A DNA stretch of 60,628 nucleotides, counting the filler, from Dirinaria sp. TL-2023a (lineage: Eukaryota), in the NCBI GenBank assembly GCA_051941275.1. It is 2 parts of 2 records of this genome, joined end to end, with 100 filler letters (N's around TTAATTAATTAA, not from the genome) between each part and the next. Parts side by side here need not be neighbours in the genome. Positions count along the whole stretch, not along the records: positions 30,365 to 60,628 come from JAVEBF010000104.1; 1 more part is not named here. The stretch is one strand, 5' to 3'. A model generated the notes under the pieces. That model ran no database searches. It was not told the DNA's origin and saw nothing but the letters and a program-made list of their open reading frames with translations. A program made the position numbers and the translations under genes. Below, in pieces: positions 48,118-60,628 of the stretch (the stretch's first letter is position 1; each line of letters begins with the position of its first letter).

Positions 48118-50704
48118 TGTGAGAGACGCAAATTAAGCTAAGATGAACAGACAGTTGGCCAAGCGGATTCGATAAAGCGTGGTTCCGATGTGAAGAGAAT
48201 GGGGATAATCCCTATTATATATCCGCTCGATATTGCTCACATCAGCAAATATACATTAGTTCTTACCTACTTCGGAAACGATCATAACACCTTGATCGCT
48301 CAAATTTGACTCTTCAGCTCTTTCGGAGACTCTCGGCTCAAATTGTCGTCACATCAAAAGCAACGAAAATGGCATATACGCCGGTATCGCTTTTTCACAA
48401 TTCAGCGCTAACAGAGTCAGGCTTATCTAAAGCGTACTAAAGATTACTGCGTTTGGCACTAGTAGCCTACACGTTCCTTACTGATGAAATCCGTAATTCT
48501 GGTAACGGGAGACGTGGCACGGAGATGTTCGGCTGTGATGTGAATGGTTGCAACACTTTCAGAGTGCGAGAGGCGGAGGAACGTCCGAACTCCTCAAATC
48601 CAAGTCCACGTGGCCGACATTGGATGAATTTTGCATAATCAAGCCGCCACTGGTGACCAAGTTGCAGCGGATTTACACTCAAACACTAACGATCTAAGAT
48701 GATAAAGTAAGCCTCCTCGGCTTATGTGTCGTAGTTGACGTTCTTGTCATTTGTTTAAAATATAAAGTAATCAATCATAAGGCCTATTTGCATTAATGCG
48801 TACACCAACACAAGAGAGCATGGCCTGAGGAAAAGGTAGTCAACAGAATCAGGTTTCGCTGCACCCTCCCTCTCCCCTTTTGTAATCGATGTCAGTGCGC
48901 TGACCACATATCTTGTGATCATCTATGAGAAGGTGGCTGAGATTTCGGGCAGTATGGTTCTTCGTACCTTCCCGAATGGCAAATGCCATCTGGATTTGAA
49001 TACGGTGGGACTTTGTCCGGCATTCAACCGGCTGGGATGGGAAACAGCATCCCAGTTGTCCGGATTCACTCACATGTTCCTCCTTTTGAATTACCATCAA
49101 CGCAGCAACGGGATCCGAGCCTGACACGCCCCGAAAGCTGTCCAGCTACTGGGATCGTTTGCTTCATGCTCGTAGAAGATACAAGCACCGACGTAGCCGG
49201 TCAGATCAATGTGTTTTCGAGCCAACATCGCTTCAGCTCACTCGGGATCCAACATATAAGCAAAGCACTCGTTACTCTTCGTGCGCGACAGGCTGCAAAG
49301 CCTTCATCTATAAACCCTATATATAATGCTCTAGGGCCGAAATCTCAAGTTAATTGTGCTCATGGCAGTCGTTTTGAAGTCTGAGTCTAGTCGAGCATCC
49401 CTAGAGAGCGTAGGCTGCTTCTCCACATGATCCCGCTCAACTTAATAGGCAATGTGCTTCCCACGGCGGATTAGCTTTTAAGATCCCAACATCTCATCAT
49501 CTCCGCCGAAAGTGCTCCTAAGTCCTAAACCCCTTGTCCTGAATCTTTCATTGCTCAATCTCTGTTCCGAAATTATGTGCCTTGCGAGAGATTCGGGATT
49601 TTTGGTGACGATAGACTTTGACGAGCTTGTCACTGACTCTCACCGATTTCACGATGCTGTTCTTAAGCTCTTTCAGGGGCTCGTTCTTGTCGGGATGCCA
49701 CCCTTGATGACATATATGAACCATAGATCAATTCACAGGGATTTTGTATGTTATCGCGGTCGTAAAGGAGAAAGTCTTCAACACAAGTTCATTACTCAGT
49801 AGACAGCTTGATTACCAGTACTTCGTAATCAACTATGTTGCCGAGGTTTCAAGTTGAACAAATACCCACACACAAGTCCGTGTCTCAGTCATAGTGTCCG
49901 CAGTGATAGCCTACATCCATGTGGCCGAGGTTGGAGAGGGAAGAGTCCTCCTGTAAAACCGCATCCTCAACACCCCTAACAACAGTTCTTAGATAGATTG
50001 ACTAAAACGGTTTAGCTTGTAGACTAGTCAACCTCACCTCAACACCTAAGGGTAAATAGTGCCTACAAATGCTTTTTCCATAGACTTTAGACAATTACAT
50101 GCCAACATACACATTAATAGGTGCAATTGACCTGTTGGCAACCTAAATCTGACACCTCCACACGAATTCGTGTTCCAACAAACAGCCTGGTCAGAACCTC
50201 TAGCGGTCGTCTCTCCCGCCAACCATTGTGAGAAAATCTTCATAAATTCCATGCTGTGCCTGACGGTGATGTATACAATGATCGGAAGCAGTTTATGATG
50301 ATGAACTTGCATGAATTGACTCACTGTGAGAAAAGAATTGTCCGTGTGATCTGGAATACACAAGCTGCTCACTCGCAATTCTATAAAACTGATTTCGAGA
50401 ATGTTTTGAAATCGCAATTGAAAAAATCTCTTTGTGGCATGTGACATCAACAAAAAATAGCCCTTTTGTTCGCTGCTTAAGTTGAGTTTTTGAATCAATT
50501 GTGACGCTTAGTATTTTCGAATCTTGTAGTCAAAATCGGATTTCACTACTTTGACGCTTTCATTGCTAATTCGTAACTAATTACTTACAATCTACACTTC
50601 CTTACCTGCAGATACCCGAAATCGATGCAAAGTGACCCCAAAGTTCCAAGATACATAGCTTGTAGGATAATCGCCTACCATTACAGTCGTCAAGATACCG
50701 CAGC

Positions 50705-52147
50705 TCAGCATACGTCGGTCATCCTTCCCCATCTCTCATCCTTGTCCTGGGTTCTTGTCTGCATCGACCGCATCGGCGGTGCAATCGAGACAGGCTTGAG
50801 CGAGGAGAACCGAGACATTGAGGTGATGGTAGCTTGCGTCAATGGCGGCTTGCCTGACAAGTACCTGAAGAAGGCTGGTAGCGGTGGCAAACAAGCACAG
50901 ATAATTCCACACGTAAGTTCCGCCGTTCTAGACATCGTATCAGTCTCTTACTTCTCGACAAACATATGCAGAGGCGTAACAAGGTGAACCTACGAGCAAA
51001 GATTCAAGGGATACCATATCCACGTCCCATCTGTGGTAATGTGTCGCATTCTTCGGATCAGAAAGATCATTCGGGCCACACTCGCAATGCAAGCCCTTTC
51101 AGAACATCAGCGATTCCCGAGGTAAAGTAAGTTGCCATTGAACACTGACAATGCACCAGTCCCGAAGATAGCGACGAGGCCCAATTTCTTCTTCGGCGGT
51201 AGATGCAGGTCCCAAATGCTGAGCATTGGGATGGTCAAAATAGCAAAGTCTGATACAGTATTGAAGATACAAGAGACTAGCTGCACCGTTTGTTGGTTGA
51301 CACATCTACAATTTGCTCAACATTAGCCTCTTTGGATCAGCGACGAGCACTCCATGACACAGCATAGCATCAAACAATAAGCATGAAGGAGGGTTTCCCG
51401 GAGAGCAGGACAATATAGTCACCTCTACTTACTTGCCCGGAACCAGCGGCAGCCAGATTTTCTCCCGCGGTTTGCATTGCCATATCTCCAGGAAGACCCC
51501 AGTCGTGTAGAAGATCAGGTTGCCCCACAGGATGATATGAAGCAAGACGCATATGTAACGGCGCGGCGCAAAGACCCGCAAGAACAAGATTACGATGGAC
51601 ACCTTGATAAGATACGCGACGGGGCAGTAAAGGATCTGAGTGACATTTATGATCTTGAAACCAGATCAGCTGGACGAAATCTTTACAAGTAGGATTTTGC
51701 GACGCACTTTCATGTATTGTGTAAAGTCGTCACCCTTGACATCCCAGAGATGACGACCATTACCAAATTTATCCGCCTCGAGGAGTACTATGGCATATGC
51801 TATGTAGCCAAGCTGAGAAGAAGCATGTGATCAGCTGATTTTTTCAGATGAAACTTCGCAGAAGGTCGCATACCCATCCGAGAACGCATGTTACTCCAAC
51901 AATCGATTAGCCGGAAATGCAGATGGTCCTCTCTGGAGAACTTACGGTCATCCCATCCCAGACGGCGCAGTATATATCCTTTGGTCCAGAGACGGACGGC
52001 GACCAGGATAGTCGTAAGCGATAAACAGACTCCTTGTGTTATATTATTGTATATGTGCAATGATACTGGACTGTTGAAGTTCGAAACTACCCCAGGAGGA
52101 GCTGGGATGGTTGGTAGCCGTCCAGCGTGCTCCCAAGCAGAGCTCAT
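50705..52147 (-). CDS. Pth11-like G-protein-coupled receptor (fungal rhodopsin domain, no CFEM), 7 exons
   Basis: PAPPGVVSNF, VRLWTK..LGWDD, GNGRHLWDV, IKVSIVILFLRVF, WQCKPREKIW, SDFAILTIPM..IWDLHLPPKKK and AELTCGIICACLP, all joined in frame across six introns. Confidence 0.88.
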
Positions 52148-52583
52148 GATTATAAGGAAGTAGTCAATCGCCTTGGACAATCTATCTTACTGGGCAACTA
52201 CTGCACTGGCTGTCCAGAGGTCAATACTTTTGACTGTAGGATCTTCAGCAAAGAACAAATACATGCATAGCAGCAGCGGCTTTTATCCAGAAAGGCCCAC
52301 CAATCTCGATCTCGAGATATAAGCACAAACCATATCGTAGGACATAAGAAACATCTTTCGATCGAACCGTCATCTCAATTTTCCCTGTACACACCACCAT
52401 TTCCCGAGTTGCAGCGGCGATCTGGAGTCATCGTCGTGCAGATTGCACAAGACCCAGGTCCAGAGAAAGCCGCGCCCCACCAACGCAGTTTCGGATAATT
52501 GCACTTTGCTTTTTGCATTACTAAAAATACATCGGAATCATGTCTCACCACTAAGGTTTGCAGGTAGGGTGATCTCGGGCCAT

Positions 52584-52629
52584 GTATATACATACCGTAT
52601 GTACATACAGTATGTACATACAGTATGTA
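52584..52629. repeat. Tandem 13-bp palindromic repeat (GTATGTACATACA) x~3.5
   Basis: Units start at 52584, 52597, 52610 and 52623 (partial). The core GTATGTACATAC is a perfect palindrome. Confidence 0.75.
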
Positions 52630-55600
52630 GGTCGAGATGGCGCATTCTCTCCCAAGGATCGCACGGACGGGTTCCCCGGAATGTCTTACTCGGGGGGAAT
52701 GTTTTAAGGCTGGTCCAGCGAGTATCTAGCGGATCAGCGGGCACGGGCGGCCTACGGAATTGAAGCGCTCCAATCATCAGGTGTGATGAGCTTTCCGGAC
52801 CGCGATCAACCACACCCAATCTCCAAAAATCCTCGAAAATCATTCTGGAAATACAGCAATTCACGGCCGCGTGAATGAGCCAGCTACAGGTAATTCGAGA
52901 AACGATATACCGAGACACAGCGTTGACGCTGACCAAGCTGTGGAAATGCCGCAACACGTGCGGTCACATTCATCGCCACCAAAGCAGCGATTATCCCGTC
53001 TTTGCAAATCATCGCTGAGATTGTTTCCACAATCTTCGAATGCACGGCACACGTGGTACGGGATATGCACGGTTAATGCAGATCTCATTATCCTAGCATC
53101 CCTTGCTCCTATCTTGGCCCCCACAGGATCCTAGCCGCGTAGCACCAATTTTATACAACATAGCCAGCCAGCAGACCCAGAATACCCCTTCCATACACTA
53201 GTGCAGCGATCGCCACCACCCAGAATATTATGTCGACCCTTATTAGCCCCCCTGCCGTGGCCCCCTCAACACTTGACATAAAACCAATTCTGGCAGCGAC
53301 AAGCTGGCTGATAGATTTTAGGACAAGCCGCGCCGCACTCTAAGCACCTAGTGCCGTTGTTGCTTCTGCCCGCGCCGCTGCCATGGACGGGAGTAGGGTT
53401 TCCGGGCTTGGTCGGTTCTTCTGGGCATGTTTCAGTCGTAGATGGTCCAGCTTTCGTACCTGGAGGGTAAGTTAGCTATTGTATTTGCAAACGGTAAGCT
53501 GGCAAAGGATCCACACACATGCTGTGCCGGCGCTGTTCAAAGCCGTTGAGTCGCCCTTCGAGTCGTAGACCGATTCAAACCTTCAGGCTTTTATGACATT
53601 TTTGATGTCTCAGAACGTCTTTTGCGAATCTTCTGTCTTGTAGCAACCTCGGCACCTATCTCACTCGGCAGTGGACGCTTCATCATCACATGTGATCTGA
53701 CGATAATCCAGCAAACATGAGTGAAGGGCCATATATAACGTTTTGGCGCTTGCGTCATGGGCCTCAATGATTAACCAAGCCATCGCTGTTCGAAACAAGG
53801 TTCTCCTACAGACATCCTACTACTATGCGTTGTGTCTACTGGTTCTCCGGAGGAGCAGAGAAGGGAACGGAATGCTCATGATACTTTTCAAACTCTAGCA
53901 ACAAACGCACCTGTTTGAAATGCGACAATCGAGCATGCAGAAGCCAGAAGTGCACCGGTTTCATTTGGTCAGTACTATCTCCACGACGTCTAACTAAACC
54001 ACCTATGACCTAGAATGGTCCTCAGAAACCATGATGACGCGAGGTTCATGGACAATAATCCATAGCCACCTAGCATCACCCCCGCCAACGACACTGTTAA
54101 TTCCATTTCGGGCAATGGGCGCACTTCGGGCCACCGTGTCCGCACTTGGTACAGGACTTGCCTGAGCATTGCGTATGGCACTGGCAGCAGCTCCACGACA
54201 TGATGGGGTTTTCTTTTCTTCCCTTGAATTAATGTCCAGATATTGGGTTCGCGTATTGAAGTCGGATTTTGTTGGCCAGCAACTTTGTAATCTTGATTTG
54301 ATCGATGAAAGAATTGGAGATTGTATACGTTTTTTCTTTTCTGGTTTTGTGTTTCATGAGAGGTGGGCGATGTTCTGGCCAACGGAAAGAAGATATATAG
54401 TTGAACAATGTGAAGTCAATCGCTTTATGTTCGAATAAAGGCATTGATTCGCGGAGGCACATGATCAAATTCTTTAAGAAAAGGGTTGTTGACGGAACAA
54501 AGAGCAGGATAGGAAATGGAAAATGATTGGCAGTGAAGCAGACCATTACAATATAATGCAAAGTATGCATCACTGATCGTGACTAAAATCCCCGATTTTA
54601 CAGGGTACAGATTGCAATGTGACGAGAACGTAATAATCGTGGCTCTCTTTCTTCTTGATAAATCGTGATTTGTGCTTGCAACTCTAGTAGCTCCTGTGAC
54701 TATTAAACCCAGTGAAGTATCTCGGTAGTCACATGCATCGTTTATGGAGTTGTTGTGTCTCTTGATTCGAACACGGATAGTATGATGGCGACAATTTTCC
54801 GGACGTTACCATATAGTAAGCAGATGGTGTAGTGACATAGTTCCTCAACCCTAATGAGGAAAATAAAAAGTATATATATAATAATTGGGACAAAGTTTCC
54901 CAAGGTTACCACATAGAAGGTGGTGGTGTAGCGGTAAAGTGTCCGCGAACAACTTTGGCTTTCCATCGTCCCACACCCACCCTATACGGCTGCACCAATT
55001 TTTTTCCGGCCGAGCGTTCGAATCTTAGTGGGCGCAATTTCTTTTCTTTTTTCTTTCTTTTCAGGTGATTTTCAGGCTTGATTTTGCCTTCTTCAACACT
55101 CCACTGCAAATGACAGTGTCATGCACGTGACTGCATGACTAAGCGAGCAGTCAGCGGTAAGTGAAGCCGGGTATTTGATTGGGGGATCATCCTGAAGCGC
55201 CAGGGGCTGGCTTGGCGGGTATTGCACTCAGAGAAAATCCCCCATCCAATCATGTCTGTCTCGACACAAAACTCGAGAGCGTCACCGATGACCTGTCGAA
55301 GGAATTTGCGCCATCTACATACTGTCCTTGACTTTTCAGACAGTGAATGCTCTCATCAATAGCTATTGACCAATGCCTTGTTTGTAACCTGCACGGTCAG
55401 GAACAACACCGTTTCATATGATCTCCAGCTTCTTTGTTCACTGAACAATAGGCATGCTCAGTGACTTTGCCTTGCTTTGTCCATGTACAAAATGCTCCTC
55501 ACCTCTGCCCGTCTTTGCCCACGATGTCCAATTTTCTTTTCCGATGCTAGCTCGTCCTTAGATCTCCTTCCATTTTCCTTCAAACTAATTCGCTTCTGAA

Positions 55601-55654
55601 AGTCTCATTTGGACGTCTCTGCAGGACAGACCCAGCTTCCATCAACCTCTCATC

Positions 55655-56848
55655 ATGATTACCGCCTATCGCGCTGTGCTACCAGGTGTAGCTGTGCTAT
55701 GTTCCCTGGTAGCCTTCATTCTAGCCCTATGCTGTCTGCTTGCCGGTACAAACCCAAACACGCTGCAGCATATGGAGCTTTATACCCTAAACACATCCAA
55801 AATTGCCTCGACACTCGTTCGCGACCTGCACCTCCCCCAAGCTGATCCATCGTTCAACTTCAGCAGCTTGGTCCCGCGCGACGCACTTGACTCCGCGCTC
55901 TCGAGCGCCGAGGGGAATATTACACATCTAGGCAGCAATGTTGCGAGCGAGGCCAGCAACCTCGCTAAGAACCCGACCGGAGCAATCAACGACCTCAAGA
56001 ACAATATCACCCAATCGATCACGCAAGCTAAACAGGAGGTCTCAGACGCTGTCTCAAAAGCCGAGGACGCATTGAAAAATGCCACCGGCGAGATCGTCAG
56101 CACCTTCATCAACGAAACGCTGCAAACCCTTCACGTTCACGACTTCTACATCGGGCATCTCTTGACCTACTGCGAAGGTAACTATACTGCGAAAGGCAAA
56201 GAAAACGTGATGTACTGCTCGAACGGCAAACCCAACAATAAGTACAACTCCACCACCACCGGCGGAAACGGGAAAGGAAACGCGACTGTTGCAACAGGGG
56301 ATGAGAACCCGCTCGCATTCATCGAAACTCTCCATCTCCCAGACCCTGCAGAATATGCCCTCAAAGCATTGACGTTGCTCGCGAAGATCATCTCGGCTTT
56401 CTACATTGTGGGTTTAATACTTGTCTTCTTCGCTCTCGTTGCAGCCGCCTTGACGATCCCCGCGTATTTTGCTCCTCCGACCGCCTTGATTGGAGGGAAG
56501 AGCAGCAAGAACACGCTTCTCCGATGGGCAACACTCGGTCTCAGCGCCTGTGCGTTCTTCACTCTGCTTCTGGCGACGGCGATGGTGCACTTCTTAGTCA
56601 AGAAGCTCTGCGGGCTCTTCGATGACCATCCTGGAGCAGGTGTCGCAGCGTATCCGGGGAAGACATTCCAAGGGTGCAGTTGGGCAAGCGTTATACTCGT
56701 AGGCATTGCAACGACAGTGGCAATTGTGGATATGGCTCTTGGGATAGCGGGAAATCGTGCGAGGAACAAGGTAGGGGGCGCCGTGGGAGGGAAATGGTGG
56801 GGGAGGAGAAATCGTGAGGAGAAGGAGGAGGAGGAGTATGAGTTGTAG
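55655..56848 (+). CDS. SUR7/PalI family tetraspan membrane protein
   Basis: N-terminal TM (LVAFILALCCLLAG), LYTLNTS and LHVHDFYIGHLLTYCEG..C, then three more TM helices and a basic/acidic tail. Confidence 0.85.
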   Translation: MITAYRAVLPGVAVLCSLVAFILALCCLLAGTNPNTLQHMELYTLNTSKIASTLVRDLHLPQADPSFNFSSLVPRDALDSALSSAEGNITHLGSNVASEASNLAKNPTGAINDLKNNITQSITQAKQEVSDAVSKAEDALKNATGEIVSTFINETLQTLHVHDFYIGHLLTYCEGNYTAKGKENVMYCSNGKPNNKYNSTTTGGNGKGNATVATGDENPLAFIETLHLPDPAEYALKALTLLAKIISAFYIVGLILVFFALVAAALTIPAYFAPPTALIGGKSSKNTLLRWATLGLSACAFFTLLLATAMVHFLVKKLCGLFDDHPGAGVAAYPGKTFQGCSWASVILVGIATTVAIVDMALGIAGNRARNKVGGAVGGKWWGRRNREEKEEEEYEL

Positions 56849-58760
56849 ATCGAGTAGCGAAGTGTTTGAGTTTGCTACGCGTGTTAGACATACAAAAGTT
56901 CAATCGCTGCACTCTTGCCCCAAAACTGATGCGTCTCGTGACTCTTGTCGTGCTTGGGCTTGCTGCAGCTCACCAGTCAATGTGTATTCGTTAATTCCCT
57001 TAACATCTTTACCGTTTAACACTTTTCCTATTTGACGGTGGCGCTCTCGTCAGGATTCAGTCTATCGTCACTTCGTTAAACCATCTTTGCCTGGAACTCG
57101 CACCCTGTCGGAAATGGAAATACTTGGAATCCGAGACTCACAAAACAATCCATAGCGAGGGTGATGCGTCAGTAGAGTATAAGGGTGATGTGGCGGCAGT
57201 GAGACACTTCCATTGAGATACGCAAAAAGGTCTAGACTTCGATCCAAATCACCAAGACTGCCTATACCTATCTTGCGTACTTCTTCTATTGCGCTTCCGC
57301 CAGCTTCCTTCCTTGGTATCGGTCCGGGTGTGGTCAGACAGTTCTACACGGAGAGTCTGGCCAGCGCCGGAAAGGCCAAGACTGTGTCGCCTAGATAACC
57401 GGTACTTTGGGGAGCACAACTGCATTTTCAGTGGCAAGTTGGTGGATTCGGGCTCCCCAGGCGATTTTCAGTTGATCTCACTAGTGGCATTGACCGCGCT
57501 AAGGTAGTCAGGAATCATGGCGATGTCCTCCGTAGGCGAGCCGTTGCAGCCGTTAAGCCACATGGGAGACCCGGCGGCCCGATGGAAAAATCACGGGATT
57601 CCATCTTCATGCCCAAGGTTCAACAACAACAACAGTCATTTTTTAGCGGACGTTGATTTCCGGTATCCGGACCTCAGTGCACCTGAATGCGTCAGCCGTA
57701 AGAGCCGTACCCTAACATCAATCTGTCAGCCGGTTGATCTCCGGCTAAGATGGCGACTTTTCTCAGCGTCTAGCGGCGGCATCACAAGATGTGAACATTT
57801 TCCCGGATGAACGGGATGTATCTACTGATACTTGATCTCGGCACCAATATTTCAGTGGCATATTCGGATGGCATTGCTGTTCGGGAGCGTTCTCAGAACG
57901 CCATGAGTTTTCTCCGCAGAATATCCTGAAGCCTCTGCTATGGGAAGTACTACCAACTGAGTAAGAAGATGTCAGAAGGTGGCGAAAGCGTCAAGGATAC
58001 TCAATGTCCGTCACATCTCCTCTGAACAGACATCTTTCAGGCAATCTACACCGCCAAGTTTCCCTGGCATCATATTCAAGTAATCCTAATCTCATTATAT
58101 ATAACGTATACTACTTAACTATATTCCTTTTTTCCTTCCGCATTCTCTTTCGAGACTCTCATTTCTTCTGAAGCCATTCCGTGATCTTCCCGGGAGCTTA
58201 TGGTAAACGAAATCTCTTTCTTGTCCGTCCCGTGTCAGCCATTACCAAAATTGTTGGGAAGGCGGCTGGAGCGCCAAGGGAATATGGGTTCCGACGACTG
58301 GCTATACCATGCCGACGTGAGTTGATTATTGGCGCTGAATCTTATACCAAAAAAGACTGCGAAGATATGCAATTTGATCGAGTATGTATTTCATCGCCAA
58401 AACTAGAATGGTTTGATGGTTTAAAGTGGAGCTTCAGCCATCTTCTCAACCATTTCAGTAGTATCTACATTCCAGGTTCCAGAGAATGCCGGAAATCTAT
58501 GGCTTTCAACTCTATTTCCAACACGGATTGTAGCGGCTCTCTACTTGCAGATGCGCCCTTCCAACAACCTATCATTCAATTAGAGGAGATCATCTGAAGC
58601 CGACTGCAGGATCACGCAATGATCATCGCCGTTTTGGCTTGCGGATAGCTACGGAAAACACAATTTTTGAGCAGCTAACAGAATAAGCTAATGTCTTGGT
58701 GTCAAGTAAATAGTCTATATATTCCAGCACTTCCTCCTTGCAGACATCTCTCTTCACTCG

Positions 58761-58979
58761 CAACTCAAGAACGTCTACAAATTCCTTTCAGACCATCTCG
58801 ATTCTCTCTCTGCACTTGCAACTTTAGAACTCTTCCAAAGTCCTCTCAGACCATCTCGATTCTCTACTTTCCAGCTCCCACTACGAGACAACTGATTCAT
58901 CTTTAGAACTTCTCCAAACTCTTCTCAGACCATCTCGGTTCTCTGCTTTCCGGCTGCCACCACGAGACAACTGACTCAC
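58761..58979 (+). repeat. Diverged 79-bp tandem repeat (2 full copies + 1 partial) abutting the ATG at 58981
   Basis: 58822-58900 and 58901-58979 share ctttagaac...ctcagaccatctcg..tctct..tttcc..cac.acgagacaactga. A partial earlier copy contains tcagaccatctcgattctct. Confidence 0.8.
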
Positions 58980-58980
58980 G

Positions 58981-60401
58981 ATGCACCTAACATTCTATGT
59001 GGTCGGAGTCTACCTCCTGTTTTTACCATCATTCACCGCGGCAAAGAAGATAGGCTCTGGCATAGCTGCAGCGACCAATTCAGTTATTAGCACCGTCGGT
59101 TTCCTTGGCGCTTTATCCGGCATCATCAGCTTTGAAGAGCAACACACGCTTCCTGATGAATCGAAGTCCAATCTGCGAGTTCAGGTCGCGCTCAATCTCA
59201 AAGATGGCTTGGGTGCCGATGGCGATGGTCCCGATGTCCGGCTCTGGGACGAAACCGGTGACTTTATTGGAATAAAAGTGGATCCCGGCTATATAGACGC
59301 AGGGAGTTATAAGGATATCGAGATCGATCAGCACGACACCAGGCAGCCAACTTATGCTCTCCTAACGGCCAACGATAACGCAATCTGTATTGCGTATCTC
59401 TTGCTGACTTGGCCCGACGGACAGGGATACGGATGGATTGGTGATTGGGGGCGTACCTGTGGGCAGGCTTGGTAAGTCAACAAACTAAATCAAATCATGC
59501 ACGCCATAGGCTCACAGATCTTTCTTACAGGTATCACAGCGGTGTGGTCGAGCACGGCAGGAGTCTGGATTGTACGTGGATGGATAAAGATAGTGACTCC
59601 TTGAAAACCAAGGGCATAGGAATACACTTCCCATCGTTCAAGCCCAAGGGGAACAACGTCACTGAGACTGGTGCAGACGTCAATGATAAAGATTAGTAAG
59701 TCCCGACCATCAACGACGGACAGAAGATGCTCACAGCATTTGTCCCATCGCTCATTCCGCTTTGATGTTAACACTGGAAAAGTTTCTGCAATCACAATTA
59801 CGTTATGGAATTCCACAGAGAGGACGACCCGCACATGATCACTTATATTCCTCTAAATAAGAGGGGCGGCGATTCAGTCGACAACTCAACCGAGAACGAT
59901 CATCTGATCGATCCTTCCAAACGCAGTACCCGAGCAGTCCCAGGCAAATTTGGTGCCCGAAGCCGACGACCGCCGATCGATGTCAATGACTCGAATGATG
60001 CCGTCCGCCACACCTCTCGCAGCACCATCACGGCTCAAGCGGCGTCCAAGCTCGTCAAGAGCAAAATCGCCAGCCACACGGTCAGCCATTATTCCAGCAC
60101 ACATATTATTCCGCCCATTATTTCCGAGAGGAACTGAGCACCCGCTAACTGTTGTTGAAACCAGGCCGCCGAGCTCTGCGACAGCCCCACGTCTTCCGGC
60201 CCGGACTTTGTCTCTTTCGAATCCGGCCAGTTCTGCGACATGGACACGAAGCAGCTGTGGGCCATATGCGGCAGCGACCAAGATGCGGATTGTTTCGACA
60301 CCGAGGCCAATGATCTGAGGATTCTCCAGAGGCTCGGGAAAAGGGAGGTGTTGGTTTTGGCCAAGATGAAGGATTACAAGGACGTCACTAATTGGGGCTG
60401 A
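58981..60401 (+). CDS. Secreted Cys/Trp-containing fungal protein of unknown function (exons 58981-59471, 59531-59695, 59783-60080, 60165-60401)
   Basis: Signal peptide; GDGPDVRLWD, NAICIAY..WPDG..GW.GDWG..CG..WY, CTWMD, and a C-terminal AAELCDSPTSSGPDFVS...FCDM..K.LW..C. Three GT-AG introns restore the frame. Confidence 0.82.
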
Positions 60402-60628
60402 GTGTCGTGTGGCTTGTGGTTCGGTCTCGGCGTTGCTCTTGCTTGTTGTTAGGCGTTGGTGAGGCATGTTTGCTTGGGATTGGTACTACTGTATGTAATT
60501 GATGTATGTTTAGGGTCCTTTTGTAGAGTAGCTAGTGTAGGTATTTTTAAGAAGCAAGCTTTAAGTAAGCCTGTTTCCACCTTTCTCATGGTGATACGCA
60601 TCAGTAATTCCCCCTCGCCCCCCAAACC

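Noticed and set aside
57213..58597. Several 60-140 aa ORFs between the SUR7 gene and the secreted-protein gene
   Set aside because: No family motifs or consistent splice model. Treated as spurious.
1..60628. Starship element, secondary-metabolite cluster, CRISPR array, rRNA or intact tRNA genes
   Set aside because: No tyrosine-recombinase captain, PKS/NRPS/terpene synthase, repeat-spacer array, 5S/rDNA sequence or complete cloverleaf was recognised.

Overview
Eukaryotic DNA from a filamentous ascomycete (Pezizomycotina), judged by short spliceosomal introns with CTRAY branch sites and fungal gene families; the species cannot be determined from this window. An artificial 100-bp spacer (44 N + TTAATTAATTAA + 44 N) at 30265-30364 splits the window, so adjacency across it is unproven. 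About 16 protein-coding genes are supported. Left part: an MFS sugar porter, a secreted cellobiose-dehydrogenase-type flavoprotein without a cytochrome domain, a Cys-rich GPI-type protein, a multi-pass membrane protein, an orphan coiled-coil protein, eIF5B, an Mms1/DDB1-like beta-propeller and a Gyp8-like TBC RabGAP. Right part: a SesB-like hydrolase/ZZ/ankyrin protein, Vps1, V-ATPase A, ribokinase, a PhyH-family dioxygenase, two secreted proteins, a Pth11-like GPCR and a SUR7/PalI protein. Mobile relics include a nested, RIP-like mutated LINE/solo-LTR cluster at the left edge and a 5'-truncated LINE with a perfect 14-bp TSD. There is also a 375-bp foldback element with telomere-repeat (TTAGGG)2 termini. 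The most notable observations are the NLR-like hydrolase-ZZ-ankyrin gene with no visible NOD domain, the telomere-tipped foldback element, and three GC-AG introns among about 32 hand-modelled introns. All gene models are manual and no database searches were run.
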